From the NCBI GenBank assembly GCA_963763775.1, contig CAVXPZ010000003.1:352001-416000 (forward strand): 64,000 bases of DNA, in the 5' to 3' direction. Every line of letters begins with the position of its first letter. Position 1 is the first letter of the stretch. This document shows, piece after piece, positions 1 through 12,693 of this stretch. Under the pieces are notes generated by a model. It had not been told where the DNA came from. It saw nothing but the letters and a program-made list of their open reading frames with translations, and did not search any database. This stretch comes from an uncultured Chloroflexia bacterium (GTDB lineage Bacteria; Chloroflexota; Limnocylindria; Limnocylindrales; CSP1-4). Position numbers and translations under genes: made by a program.

Positions 1-83
1 TCGCTGCCGGGCAGGACGACCGCGTCGACCTGGTCCGAGTAGGCGAGTCGCTCCGGGGTGACGATCTCGAGCTGGATGGCCAT
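1..83 (-). CDS. atpC: ATP synthase F1 epsilon subunit, 5' part (runs off window)
   Basis: Reads MAIQLEIVTPERLAYSDQVDAVVLPGSE from ATG at 83, directly after the atpD stop; typical epsilon N-terminus. Confidence 0.93.
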   Translation of the reverse strand, partial: MAIQLEIVTPERLAYSDQVDAVVLPGS

Positions 84-86
84 GGG

Positions 87-2386
<2,300 letters not shown>

Positions 2387-2419
2387 GGGTGTGCTCAGGC
2401 TCCTTCGGGTACCGGATGC

Positions 2420-3955
2420 CTAGGCGAGGAAGGACTGGCGGAACGAGTCGACGGCTTCGTCGAGGGCCGAGGACAGCTCGTCCGAGAGGGCCTTCGTGTC
2501 GCCAAGCTCGGTGAGGATCTTGGGTCGCTCGGTCTCGAGGAAGCGGTAGAACTGGCTCTCGAACTCCTTGACGCGCGGCGTCGGGACGTCGTCGAGCTTG
2601 CCGGTGGTCGCGACATACAGGATCGCGACCTGCTTCTCGACCGCGAGCGGCACGTACTGCGGCTGCTTCACGATCTCCGAGAGCTTCTCGCCGCGGGTCA
2701 GCTGGTCGCGCGTGGCCTTGTCCAGGTCCGACGCGAACTGCGCGAACGCCGCGAGGGCGCGGTACTGCGCGAGGTCGAGCTTGAGCGGGGCCGCGACCTT
2801 CTTCATCGCCTTGGTCTGCGCGGCGGAACCCACGCGCGACACCGAGATGCCGATGTTGAGCGCCGGCCGCTGGCCCGCGTTGAACAGGTCGGTCTCGAGG
2901 AAGATCTGGCCGTCCGTGATCGAGATCACGTTCGTCGGGATGTAGGCGGACACGTCGCCGGCCTGCGTCTCGATGATCGGCAGCGCCGTCAGCGACCCGC
3001 CGCCGTTGTCGTCGTTCAGGCGAGCGGCACGCTCGAGCAGGCGGCTGTGGAGGTAGAAGACGTCGCCGGGGTACGCCTCGCGTCCGGGCGGGCGGCGCAG
3101 CAGCAGGGCCATCTCGCGATACGCCCACGCGTGCTTGGAGAGGTCGTCATAGACGCACAGGGCGTCCTTGACGAGGCCCTGGCCGGCGACTTCGACGCCG
3201 TTCTCCATGACCTCCTCGCCCATCGTGACGCCCGTGTACGGGGCCAGGTACTGGAGCGGGGCGGGGTCCTCGGCGCCGGCCACGACCACGATCGTGTGGT
3301 CCATCGCGCCGAACTGCTCGAGGACCGCGACGGTGTTCGCGACGGTCGAGAGCTTCTGGCCGATGGCCACGTAGATGCAGACGAGGCCCTTGCCCTTCTG
3401 GTTGATGATCGTGTCGATGGCCAGGGCGGTCTTGCCGGTCTGGCGGTCGCCGATGATCAGCTCACGCTGGCCACGGCCGATCGGGATCAGGGCGTCGATG
3501 GCCTTGATGCCGGTCTGGACCGGCGTGTCCACGGACTTGCGGACGATGACGCCCGGGGCGATGCGCTCGACCGGACGGCTCGCGGTGGACGCGATCGGGC
3601 CCTTGTCGTCGAGCGGGCGGCCCAGCGGGTCCACGACCCGGCCGAGCAGCGCCTGGCCCACGGGGACTTCCACGACGCGGCCGGTGGTCTTGACCGTGTC
3701 GCCTTCCTTGATGCCCGAGGCATCGCCGAGCACGACCGCGCCGACCGTCTCCTCCTCGAGGTTGAGGGCCATGCCCATCACCCCGCCGGGGAACTCGAGC
3801 ATCTCCGAGGAGAGCGCGTCGGACAGCCCGTAGATCTGGGCGATGCCGTCACCGACCTCGACGACGGTGCCGACGGTGCGCGTCTCGACACCCGAGTCGA
3901 ACGAGTCGATGGCGGACTTGATGATGCTGGTGATCTCGTCGGAGCGAATGGCCAT
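2420..3955 (-). CDS. atpA: ATP synthase F1 alpha subunit
   Basis: [33 protein letters not shown]. Confidence 0.99.
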   Translation of the reverse strand: MAIRSDEITSIIKSAIDSFDSGVETRTVGTVVEVGDGIAQIYGLSDALSSEMLEFPGGVMGMALNLEEETVGAVVLGDASGIKEGDTVKTTGRVVEVPVGQALLGRVVDPLGRPLDDKGPIASTASRPVERIAPGVIVRKSVDTPVQTGIKAIDALIPIGRGQRELIIGDRQTGKTALAIDTIINQKGKGLVCIYVAIGQKLSTVANTVAVLEQFGAMDHTIVVVAGAEDPAPLQYLAPYTGVTMGEEVMENGVEVAGQGLVKDALCVYDDLSKHAWAYREMALLLRRPPGREAYPGDVFYLHSRLLERAARLNDDNGGGSLTALPIIETQAGDVSAYIPTNVISITDGQIFLETDLFNAGQRPALNIGISVSRVGSAAQTKAMKKVAAPLKLDLAQYRALAAFAQFASDLDKATRDQLTRGEKLSEIVKQPQYVPLAVEKQVAILYVATTGKLDDVPTPRVKEFESQFYRFLETERPKILTELGDTKALSDELSSALDEAVDSFRQSFLA

Positions 3956-3968
3956 GGGTGTCGATCTC

Positions 3969-4514
3969 CTACAGGGCGCCGGAGGCGAGCTGGTTGCGCA
4001 GGCGCTCGAGGCGGCCTCGGACGCTCCCGTCGATCAGTCGGTCGCCGACCCGTACGACCAGGCCGCCCAGCAGGCTGGGGTCCACCTGGACGTCGAGGTC
4101 GATCGGACCGCCTGTCATCTGCTCGAGCCGACCGGTGAGGGCCCGGAGCTCGTCCGGGTCAAGCGGCGCGGCCGTCGTGGCGGTGGCGATGGTGATGCCC
4201 TGGCGGGCGTTGTCGAGGCGGCGGAACTGTTCGGCGACGCGCGGCAGCTGCTCGATCCGCCCGCGGCGGAGCAGCAGGCCGATGAGGTTCATGGTGGGGG
4301 TCGAGACGTGGCCGTCCAGCGCTCCGTGGAGCGCGGCGAGCCGTGCCTGGAACGGCACCGCCGGGTTCGAGAACGCGTGCCCGACGCCCGGATCCGAGAT
4401 CACGGCCGCGGCCATGTCCAGGTCCGAGCGCCACGTCTCCACGGTGCCATCGCGCTGGGCGACCTCGAAGGCCGCCTCGGCGTAGCGTCGCGGAGCCGTG
4501 TCTCGTCCGGCCAT
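3969..4514 (-). CDS. atpH: ATP synthase delta subunit
   Basis: RRYAEAAF N-terminus, [23 protein letters not shown]-terminus, operon position. Confidence 0.96.
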   Translation of the reverse strand: MAGRDTAPRRYAEAAFEVAQRDGTVETWRSDLDMAAAVISDPGVGHAFSNPAVPFQARLAALHGALDGHVSTPTMNLIGLLLRRGRIEQLPRVAEQFRRLDNARQGITIATATTAAPLDPDELRALTGRLEQMTGGPIDLDVQVDPSLLGGLVVRVGDRLIDGSVRGRLERLRNQLASGAL

Positions 4515-5077
4515 CAGTTCCTCGAGTCCCCGGTGGCGGAGCCGGCCAGGAATTCCTCGACCAGGCGGCGCTGGCGCTCGTCGGTCATCGACTCGCCGAC
4601 GACGGCGCCTGCCGCGGCGAGCGCCAGGTCGGCGACCTCCGTCCGCAGGTCCGCGATGGCGCGCTGCTTCTCGGCCTCGATGTCCGCGGCGGCGCGCACG
4701 CGCATCCGCTCGAGCTCCTCGCGCGTCGCGGCGATGTCCGCGTCACGCGATTCCTGGGCGACCTTCTGGGCGCGGTTGATGATGTCGTTCGCCTCTCGGC
4801 GAGCCTCGGTGAGCGTGGCGATCCGCTCGGTCTCCGCGTTCTCGCGGTCGCGCCGGGCCTGCTCGGCGTCCTGCAGCCCGGCCTCGATGCGAGCCCGCCG
4901 GTCCGACAGGATCTTCGAGACCGGCTTGAACGCGAACGTCCAGATGATCGCGAAGAACAGGAGGAAGTTGACCGCGCTGACGATGACCCAGAACAGGTTG
5001 ATCTGGAACTTCGCCTCTTCGGCGGTCAGCCGGACGACGTCGCCTCCGAGGCCGGTCGCAACGGCCAGGAAGTCCAC
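4514..5077 (-). CDS. atpF: ATP synthase Fo b subunit
   Basis: N-terminal TM (VNFLLFFAIIWTFAFKP) followed by a charged coiled coil; operon position. Confidence 0.96.
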   Translation of the reverse strand: MDFLAVATGLGGDVVRLTAEEAKFQINLFWVIVSAVNFLLFFAIIWTFAFKPVSKILSDRRARIEAGLQDAEQARRDRENAETERIATLTEARREANDIINRAQKVAQESRDADIAATREELERMRVRAAADIEAEKQRAIADLRTEVADLALAAAGAVVGESMTDERQRRLVEEFLAGSATGDSRN

Positions 5078-5101
5078 GATATGTACTCCGTGCCGTTCCG
5101 G

Positions 5102-5314
5102 CTACTTGATGAAGATCGCGAGCAGGCCGACGACGACCGCCAGCACGCCGAGGCCTTCGGCGAACGCCGCGAGGATGATCGCGATGCCGCGGATCTGACC
5201 GGCCGCGTCGGGATTGCGCCCGATGGCCGTGGCGGCCAGGCCGCCAAGGATGCCGATGCCGATGCCGGGGCCGAAGACCCCGAGGGCGGCGAGACCGGCG
5301 CCGATGTGCTCCAT
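5102..5314 (-). CDS. atpE: ATP synthase Fo c subunit (70 aa)
   Basis: ATG at 5314 with AGGAGG SD; GxGxG helix, RNP loop, AFAEG carboxylate. The Glu is followed by Gly rather than Ser/Thr, consistent with H+ coupling. Confidence 0.97.
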   Translation of the reverse strand: MEHIGAGLAALGVFGPGIGIGILGGLAATAIGRNPDAAGQIRGIAIILAAFAEGLGVLAVVVGLLAIFIK

Positions 5315-5393
5315 ATCGTGACTTCCTCCTACTTCCCGGGCGACTCGCCCGGGACCTGTCGGGACCTGGTGGATGGGCTGCGCGCTCAGGCGC

Positions 5394-6434
5394 TCAGTGC
5401 GCTGGCTGGAGTGCCGGGTCCTGGTTGTGGGTGGCCGCGATCGCCTCCTCGGCGACGTGGCCCTCCTCGTGGTCATGGCTCTCGATGGCGAGGACGATGA
5501 ACATGAGGGTCAGGATGCTGAAGATCAACGCCTGGATGGCGTTGAGCATGATCTCGAGGCCGATGAGGCCGACCGGGATGAACGCGATCGTCAACGCGGT
5601 CATGACCCCGAGGGCCACCTCGCCGCCGTAGATATTGCCGAAGAGTCGCATGGAGAGCGTGACCGGCTTGACGAACTCGAGCATGAGTTCCACCAGGCCG
5701 ACGAAGAGCGCGATGCCCCCGGCCGCGATGCCGTTCTTGAATTCGTAGAGCGGGAAGAACTTGCCGGCGTAGCCCTTGAAGCCGAGCTTCCGGAACCCCT
5801 CGGCCTCGAAGATGATCCACGCCACCAGCGCGAGCCCGAGCGTGATGTTCACGTCGCTCGACGGGGCGCGGAGCTCCTCGATGCGCCCGACCGGCGGGAT
5901 CAGGCCGATCCAGTTGGAGAACAGGATCAGCAGGAAGAATGCGGCGAACAAGGGGACGTAGGGCTTGCCGGCGGGCCCGGCGATGCCGATGCCGAAGTCG
6001 CCGAGCCCCTCGTAGAACGTCTCGAACATGTTCTGGAAGCGACCCGGGACCATCTTGCGGCCGCGGGCCATCAGGATCGAGACGATGAGGATGCCCGCGA
6101 TGACGATCCACTGCGTGAGGATCGTGGAGCTGATGCTCGGGGTGAACGTGACCAGGGCGTCAGCCGGACCGGTCGGACCGAGCACCGTGTGCGGGTTGGG
6201 GAATTCGAGCGTGCCATCGATGAAGCAGGCCGGATAGGCGCAGGCATCGCCCGGGGCGCCGTCCTTCGGGAACGGGGGGAACAGGATGAAGGCGGCGATA
6301 TTGACGACGATCACCGCGCCGATGATGGTGAACCACTTCGCGGACAGGCCTCGCCCACCCTTGGGCTGCGGTGCGGTGGCCTCCGTGACGTCGTCGGTCA
6401 CGATCTGGTCGCTCGACACGCTTGCTCCACACAC
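5394..6434 (-). CDS. atpB: ATP synthase Fo a subunit (start possibly GTG 6419)
   Basis: LSMRLFGNIYGGE, NAIQALIFSILT, multiple TM segments. Confidence 0.96.
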   Translation of the reverse strand: MCGASVSSDQIVTDDVTEATAPQPKGGRGLSAKWFTIIGAVIVVNIAAFILFPPFPKDGAPGDACAYPACFIDGTLEFPNPHTVLGPTGPADALVTFTPSISSTILTQWIVIAGILIVSILMARGRKMVPGRFQNMFETFYEGLGDFGIGIAGPAGKPYVPLFAAFFLLILFSNWIGLIPPVGRIEELRAPSSDVNITLGLALVAWIIFEAEGFRKLGFKGYAGKFFPLYEFKNGIAAGGIALFVGLVELMLEFVKPVTLSMRLFGNIYGGEVALGVMTALTIAFIPVGLIGLEIMLNAIQALIFSILTLMFIVLAIESHDHEEGHVAEEAIAATHNQDPALQPAH

Positions 6435-6494
6435 AGGAGCGCGGCGTGACGCCGCGCTCGCATCCTCCCTGACCGGTCGTCGTGCACGGACCGG

Positions 6495-6719
6495 CTAATC
6501 GAACGTCTTCAGGAACCGAGTCACCAGTCTGATGATCATCACGGTCCCGGCTGCGGCGCCGAGGAAGAACCCGATGAGCATGAAGACCGGGAACGAGGTT
6601 CCCAGTTGCCCGTCGATCCAGTGGCCACCGAGCGCACCGATCAGCGTCGTCACCAGCAGTGAGATGCCGATCTCCGAGAAGAGGGCGACGTAGGCCCAAC
6701 CCCGGCCGTGCTCGATCAT
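6495..6719 (-). CDS. AtpZ/AtpI family membrane protein
   Basis: Two TM segments, GGHWID...GFFLGAAAG pattern; first gene of the atp operon, TACAAT -10 upstream. Confidence 0.85.
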   Translation of the reverse strand: MIEHGRGWAYVALFSEIGISLLVTTLIGALGGHWIDGQLGTSFPVFMLIGFFLGAAAGTVMIIRLVTRFLKTFD

Positions 6720-6755
6720 GGGCGACCTGACAAGGCGCGGGCATTGTAGCAGCTG

Positions 6756-7435
6756 CGCGCGGCCCGGCGCCCCCGGGTCACTTCAGGACGACGAAGCCGT
6801 CGATGTCGACGCGGCCGTCCCCGACCGGGTCGGACCTGGAGGGTGTGCGGACCCGAGACCGAGAAGTGCCGGGCGAACACGAGCCGGCGGTACGCGGTGC
6901 TCGACGTGTCGAGGTCGACGGTCTTGAGGAGGACGCCGTCGACGAGGATCTGGGCCTTGCCGCTCGAGGTGTAGCGCGACACGATCAGCCCGACGTCGTA
7001 GCCCGTGAACGAGTACGTGGCCGAGCGGGTGTTCGACGTCGCGTAGCGGGTGCTGCCGTTGAGCGCCTTCGTGGTCGACTTCTTGCCCCAGGAACCGACG
7101 TAGACGACGCTGCCGCTCTCCTGCGAGGCGCGGACCGGGGTCAGGGTCGGGCCGTACTTGTAGGAACTGACGTTCCCCTCCTTGTCCGTGGCACGGACGC
7201 GGAACCGATAGTGGTCGTTCGTGGTCAGCACGCGGTCGATCGACTTCGTCGTGGCGTGCGGCAGCGTGACGGTCTTGTAGGTGCCGCCGTTGGTGCTCAC
7301 CTGGAGCTTGTAGCTCGCGACCCCGGAGCCGGCGTCTGTCGCGCCCCAGGCGATGTGCACCTTGGTCGTCGTCGAGCCGACCGTCTGGGCGGGGATGGAC
7401 TCGTTGGGGCCGGTGACCGTGGGGGCGGTGGCGTC
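6756..7435. repeat. Direct repeat copy 1 (680 bp): shared C-terminal module plus 22 bp of 3' UTR
   Basis: Aligns by eye to 8694-9372 with about 11 substitutions and one extra C near 6825. Confidence 0.95.
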
Positions 7436-8623
7436 GGTCGGCTCGCTCACCGGCGTGACATGCACCGTGACCGTGGCGGTCGAGCCGCCGGTCAGGGTGT
7501 AGTCGAACGTGTCCGTCCCGTTGGCATTCGCGTCCGGCGTGTACGCCACACCTCCGGTCTCGATCGCGACCGTGCCGAGCGTCGGCTGGGTCACATCGGT
7601 GATCCAGAAGGACCCGCCGTCGAGGTTGCTGTCGTTCGCCATCAGCTCGAGATGATGCAGGCCCGAGTCCTCGTCCAACGTGTAGGTGTCGTCGACCGCG
7701 ACGATAGGGTCGACGACCGGCGTGACATCGATCTCGAACGTGACCTGATCGGTCGTGTCGTCCGGAGGCGTGGGGCTCCCGTCGCTCTTCCAGCTCGGAT
7801 TCGACGCCGGTCCGCCGCCATCGTCCTTCGCGACGATGGTGACGTGGGCGTGTCCGGAGGCGTTGGGTGCCGGCGTGAAGGTCAGCGTGCCATCGGGCGA
7901 GATGGACGGCAGGACCGTGAACAGGTCGCTCGGGCCGTTGTAGCCTGCCGGCCCGTCGCGCTCGAAGTGCACGGACTGATAGCCCTCGCTGGGTGGCCCG
8001 GCCGAGATGTCCGTCGCCCACGGTGCGCTGTAGGGTCCGCTGTCCTCATCGACCGTGACCAGCGACGGACCCGGCGTGAACGACGGCGCGTCATTGATCT
8101 CCTCGATCCAGATCCGCATCGTGGCCGGGGCCGAGCAGGTCGACGCATCGCACGCCTCGTACGTGAAGCTGTCCGATACCCAATCGCCGCCCGGGACGTT
8201 GCCTGGGCGAGTGCTGTAGTCCGGGTCCGGTTTGTAGACGGTCCACTCATCGTCGAGCTTCATGACCTGGCCGTGGGCGGGCGGCGTCACGATCTGATAC
8301 GTCAGTGGGTCACCGTCGGCGTCGGTGTCGTTGTAGAGGAGCGAGCAGTGACCCCAGAACGGGAACCACTGGGCCTGATCGCCTGGGAAGATGAGGTTCG
8401 GCTGCTGCGCCCGGTAGTCCTCGGCGATCGGGTAGCTCCCGCCGAAGGCCGTTCCGCCCGACGGCGACGTCCCCTGACAGGCGATCCCTGGGTCGTCCAC
8501 CGCGACCGGGGCTGCGGCGAGCGCGACGCTCGGGAGGAGCGCGGTCATCAGGACGGCGGCGACCACCGCTCTGTGAGGGCCGCGCATCCGGGATCTGGCC
8601 AGAACGCTCGTCGCGTCACGCAT
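6778..8623 (-). CDS. Secreted Ig-like (cadherin/Big_9-type) repeat protein with FN3-like and beta-sandwich C-terminal domains; 1-nt frameshift near 6825
   Basis: Signal peptide (AVVAAVLMTALLPSVALA-A), NDTDADGDPL, VAVDDTYTLDEDS, YTPDANANGTDTFDY. Removing the extra C gives the same ...DIDGFVVLK stop as the paralog. Confidence 0.8.
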
Positions 8624-8693
8624 CTCGGGTCCAGCGTACCGAGCGGGGTCAGCCGAGTCGTTAGGCCGAAGGTACCGAGTGATCGGGGTCTCC

Positions 8694-9372
8694 CGCGCGG
8701 CCCGGCGCCCCCGGGTCACTTCAGGACGACGAAGCCGTCGATGTCGACGCGGCCGTCCCCGACGGGTCGGACCTGGAGGGTGTGCGGACCCGAGACCGAG
8801 AAGTGCCGGGCGAACACGAGCCGGCGGTACGCGGTGCTCGTCGTGTCGAGGTCGACGGTCTTGATGAGGACGCCGTCGACGAGGATCTGGGCCTTGCCGC
8901 TCGAGGTGTAGCGCGACACGATCAGCCCGACGTCGTAGCCCGTGAACGAGTACGTGGCCGAGCGGGTGTTCGACGTCGCGTAGCGGGTGCTGCCGTTGAG
9001 CGCCTTCGTGGTCGACTTCTTGCCCCAGGAACCGACGTAGACGACGTTGCCGCTCTCCTGCGAGGCGCGGGCCGGGGTCAGGGTCGGGCCGTACTTGTAG
9101 GAACTGACGTTCCCCTCCTTGTCCGTGGCGCGGACGCGGAACCGATAGTGGTCGTTCGTGGTCAGCACGCGGTCGATCGACTTCGTCGTGGCGTGCGGCA
9201 GCGTGACGGTCTTGTAGGCGCCGCCGTTGGTGCTCACCTGGAGCTTGTAGCTCGCGACCCCGGAGCCGGCGTCCGTGGCGCCCCAGGCGATGTGCACCTT
9301 GGTCGTCGTCGAGCCGACGGTCTGGGCGGGGATGGACTCGTTGGGGCCGGTGACGGTCGGGGCGGTGGCGTC
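8694..9372. repeat. Direct repeat copy 2 (679 bp)
   Basis: Near-identical to 6756-7435. Confidence 0.95.
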
Positions 9373-11152
9373 CTTGTCGACGGTGATCAGGACGGTCGTC
9401 GAGGCGCTGAAGCCGCCGTTCCCGTCCGTGATCGTGTACTTGAACTTGTCCGGGCCGTGGTAGTTGCCGGTCGGGTCGTAGGTGATGCCCGGTGCCGTTG
9501 CCGGTGATGGTCACCGTGCCGTGGAGCGCGGCCGTCCGGCTCGAGATGATCGAGGTCGTTGCCGTCCGGGTCGAAGTCGTTTCCGAGGACGTCCAGCGCG
9601 ACCGCGTGAGCACCTTCGGGGACGTGGAACTCATCGGGGGCCGCGACGGGCGGGTCGTTGGCGCCGCCGACGTGGACGGTGACGGTCGCCGATGTCCGTG
9701 AGATGGCCGTCGCTGACGGTGTAGGTGAAGGTGTCATCGCCGGAGTAGTTCGGGTTCGGGCCGGTAGTTGAGTCCGGAACCCCCGCCCGTGATCGTGACG
9801 GTGCCGTGCGCACCGTTGGTCTTGGCCGTGATGCTCAGGCTGTCGCCGTCGATGTCGGTGTCGCCCGCCAGGACGAGGAGCGAGTTGGTGACCGAGTCCT
9901 CATCAACCGTGAACTCGTCATCGTCGGCGACCGGCGCGTCGTTCACTGGCGTCACGGTGACGCTGACGCGTGACCGTGTTGCTCGTGCGCGGTGCCGTCG
10001 AACGCGGTGTAGGTGAAGCTGTCCGGGCCGTTGTAGTTCGCAGTCGGGCTCGTAGCGGACCTTGCCGCTCGACACGCTCGCGGTGCCGTGGGCTGGATCG
10101 GACAGGTTGGCGATCGACAAGGTGTCGCCCGGTCGATGTCGTTGTCGTCGGCCAGGACGTTGATGTCGACGGACCCGTCTTCGGCGACCGTCGCCGTGTC
10201 GCCCGAGGCCGTCGGCGGGTCGTTGACCGGGTTGACCGTCACGCTGACCGTCGTCGCCGCGCTCAGGCCCGCCGTGCCCGTCGCTGGCCTTGTAGGTGAA
10301 GCTGTCCGAGCCGTTGTAGTTCGCGGCCGGGATGTAGCGCACCTTGCCGGAGACGATGCTGGTGCTGCCGTGATCCACGCCGGCCAGGCGACGTGATCGT
10401 CATCGGGTCGTTGTCGGGGTCGTTGTCATTCGACAGGACGTCGATGTCGACGGACGAGTCCTCGTTGACCGACGCGCCGTCCGGCGTCGTCACGGGCGCG
10501 CTGTTCGGCGTGACCGTGATCGACACCGTCGCTGGATCGCTGACGCCGCCGTTCCCGTCGTTGACCGTGTAGGTGAGGCTGTCCGGGCCGTTGTAGTGTC
10601 GAGTCGGGCCGGTAGCGGATCTTGCCCGCGACCGGTCGACGCGTTGCCGTGGCTGGGACCCGACATGATGTCGTTGACGACGAGCGTGTCGCCGTCCGGA
10701 TCGCTGTCGTTCGAGAGCACGTCGATGTCGATCAAGCCGTCCTCAGGCACCGTCGCAGAGTCGTCGTCGGCGACCGGGTCCTGGTTGGCGTTCATGACGA
10801 TCACGGGATCGATCGTGACGGTGACCGTCGCGATGTTGCTGTCGCCGTCGTCCTCGTCGACGATCTTGTACTGGAACTCGTCCGTGCCGACGTAGCCCGG
10901 CGTTCGGCGTGTAGGTCAGGACGTCGCCGGCGAACGCGGCGTTGCCGTGGGTCGGGTCAGTGGTGATCGGCCGGCGTCGGCCCCGGTCGCGTCGTAGGTG
11001 TCGCCGGTCCGGTCGACGACGATCGGCGTACCCTCGGTCGTCGTCGCCACGTGGTCCACGACGACCGGCGTGACGGCGAGCACCGGGACCACGAAGGCCA
11101 ACGACGACGGTCATCGCGCACGAGCAGGCCGAGCGTCGATGACGCGCTTCAT
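8716..11152 (-). CDS. Secreted tandem Ig-like (Big_9/tandem-95-like) repeat protein with the same C-terminal module; broken by many frameshifts
   Basis: Fragments in several frames carry ~6 repeats (PVADDDSATVPED..VLSNDSDPDGD, PVTTPDGASVNED..VLSNDNDPD, PTASGDTATVAED, PVADDDEFTVDED, PVAAPDEFHVPEG) with YxPxxNYNGxDSFTY; N-terminal signal-like segment from ATG 11152. Confidence 0.72.
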
Positions 11153-12333
11153 GGCGCCACGTTCTTGTAGAGCTGCGCCGTGGTCGCTGCCGGCCGCGTT
11201 CGTCACCGTCAAGGTGATCGTGTAGCCGCCCGCCTGGTCGTAGGTGTGCGGACCCGGGACCTTGTCCGGTGTCGCTGCTCCCGTCACCGAAGTCCCAGGC
11301 GTAACTGGTCGCGTCCGTCGAGCCGGAGCCGTTGCACGTCACGGTCAGCGCATCGACCGAGCACGACAGGAAGGCCACTGGTTGCGGGAGCGGCGTCGGC
11401 GTGGGCTTCGGGGTCGGCTTGGGCTTCGGGGTGGGCTTCGGCGTTGGCTTGCGGGGTCGGCGCCGGGCGTCACCACGGGGCGCAGGCGTCGGGCGAGGTG
11501 TCGCCCTGCGCGGCGCCTTGGCGGTCGGCTTCGGCGTGGGCGTCGGGTCGACGGCGACCTCGCTCGGCACGACGGCGATCGGCGTCGCGCTCGGGTCCTC
11601 CGATCGGCGCGGCGGGCGGGTCGACGGCGATCGGCACGCACTCGCGCTGGGCGAGGCGGGCGCATCGCTCGGGGCCTCGGTGATGATGCCTCGGGGTCGC
11701 GGTCTCCGCCAGGACCTCGCCCTGGGTCTTGCCGGGCATGACGTTGATCGCGATGAACAGGACGGCCGCGAGGCCGACGAGGGCGGCGGCGGTGTCGCGC
11801 CAGAGGCGGCGGCGGTCGGCGGGTCGGCGGCGTCGCGCGGACGACCTTCGAAAGGCCGGTCGTCGTCCCGGCGACGACGAGGCGGGTCGGACTGGGTCGG
11901 CGTCGGCGCGCGGCGGGCGTCGCTGCGGAGTCGTCCCGGCGCTCAGGATCGGCGTCGCACCCACGACGCCGATCCGATGCTCCAGGACGTTCTGGTCGAC
12001 GAAACCGACTTCGGTCTCGATCGGCACCTCGCCGTCGTGCGGCCGGTCACGCGGTCGGATCGCCGCCATCGCCGCCGACCCGCGAACGATGTCCCCGAGA
12101 CCGCGGCGCGGCGCCGTCATCGGCGCGGTCGTCTGGACCGTGACCGCGGCCGGCGCCTCGCTCGGTTCGATCTCGGTGTACGGACTCTCGTCGACGTCGG
12201 CGACGCCGCGGCGACGCGCGTCGAGGCGGCTGATCCCGCGTGCGAGCAGGAGCAGCAGCGATGCCGCGATCAGCACCGACATGGCAACGAGCAGGTAGGT
12301 CTGGAGACTCAAATCGCCCTCAGGTAGTACCAC
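11149..12333 (-). CDS. Membrane-anchored PKD-domain protein with Pro/Thr-rich linker; frameshifted (start GTG 12333 or TTG 12312)
   Basis: N-terminal TM, second TM (LWRDTAAALVGLAAVLFIAI), PTPKPTPK repeats, PKD signature SYAWDFGDGS...HTY..GGYTITLTV; ATGA overlap with the next gene. Confidence 0.7.
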
Positions 12334-12487
12334 GGTAACCCCGACCAGTGGTACGCAGGTCCGGATGCTAGCACCGCCCCCAGCGGAGGCCTATCGGCCC
12401 ATTCCGCACCGGAGTACACCCATCCGATGAAGATGGTGCAGGGAATCGCCGGAATCCGCTGCCGGACCGGTCCGACGGGTCGTCCGG

Positions 12488-12502
12488 TTGCCTGTCAGGC
12501 AA
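12488..12502. promoter_or_regulatory. 7-1-7 inverted repeat TTGCCTG-T-CAGGCAA, putative operator in a divergent promoter region
   Basis: Perfect palindrome in the intergenic region between divergent genes. Confidence 0.4.
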
Positions 12503-12693
12503 TATCGACGGGCGAGATCCGGCCGAAGCCGGACCTGGCTGCTCCGGCCCAGCCGTTGTCTGTCGGGCAGCGATCGCCGGTCGAAGGTCGGGGCGCAGCC
12601 TCTCTTGGCGACCCTGCGCCGGTCCCAGAGCCTGTCGATGAACTCGGGATCCTTGACCGGCGGGCTGTGGGTGCGGAAGATCGGCGCGTGAGG

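Noticed and set aside
6756-9372. Repeat pair as a diversity-generating retroelement template/variable pair
   Set aside because: Differences are not adenine-specific, both copies are coding, the repeat is far longer than typical TR/VR, and no reverse transcriptase is present
6716-9634. 972-aa ORF spanning both repeat copies
   Set aside because: The first ~337 codons are an off-frame reading of the upstream gene; the real protein starts at 8623 with a signal peptide
11390-11545. Short tandem repeats resembling a CRISPR or VNTR
   Set aside because: They encode the PTPKPTPK linker of the PKD protein; no spacers and no cas genes
12330-12440. c-di-GMP-I riboswitch suggested by GGTCGGGGTTACCG on the minus strand
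   Set aside because: The upstream GCAAA/GNRA tetraloop and receptor elements are missing and a -10 box lies inside the expected aptamer span
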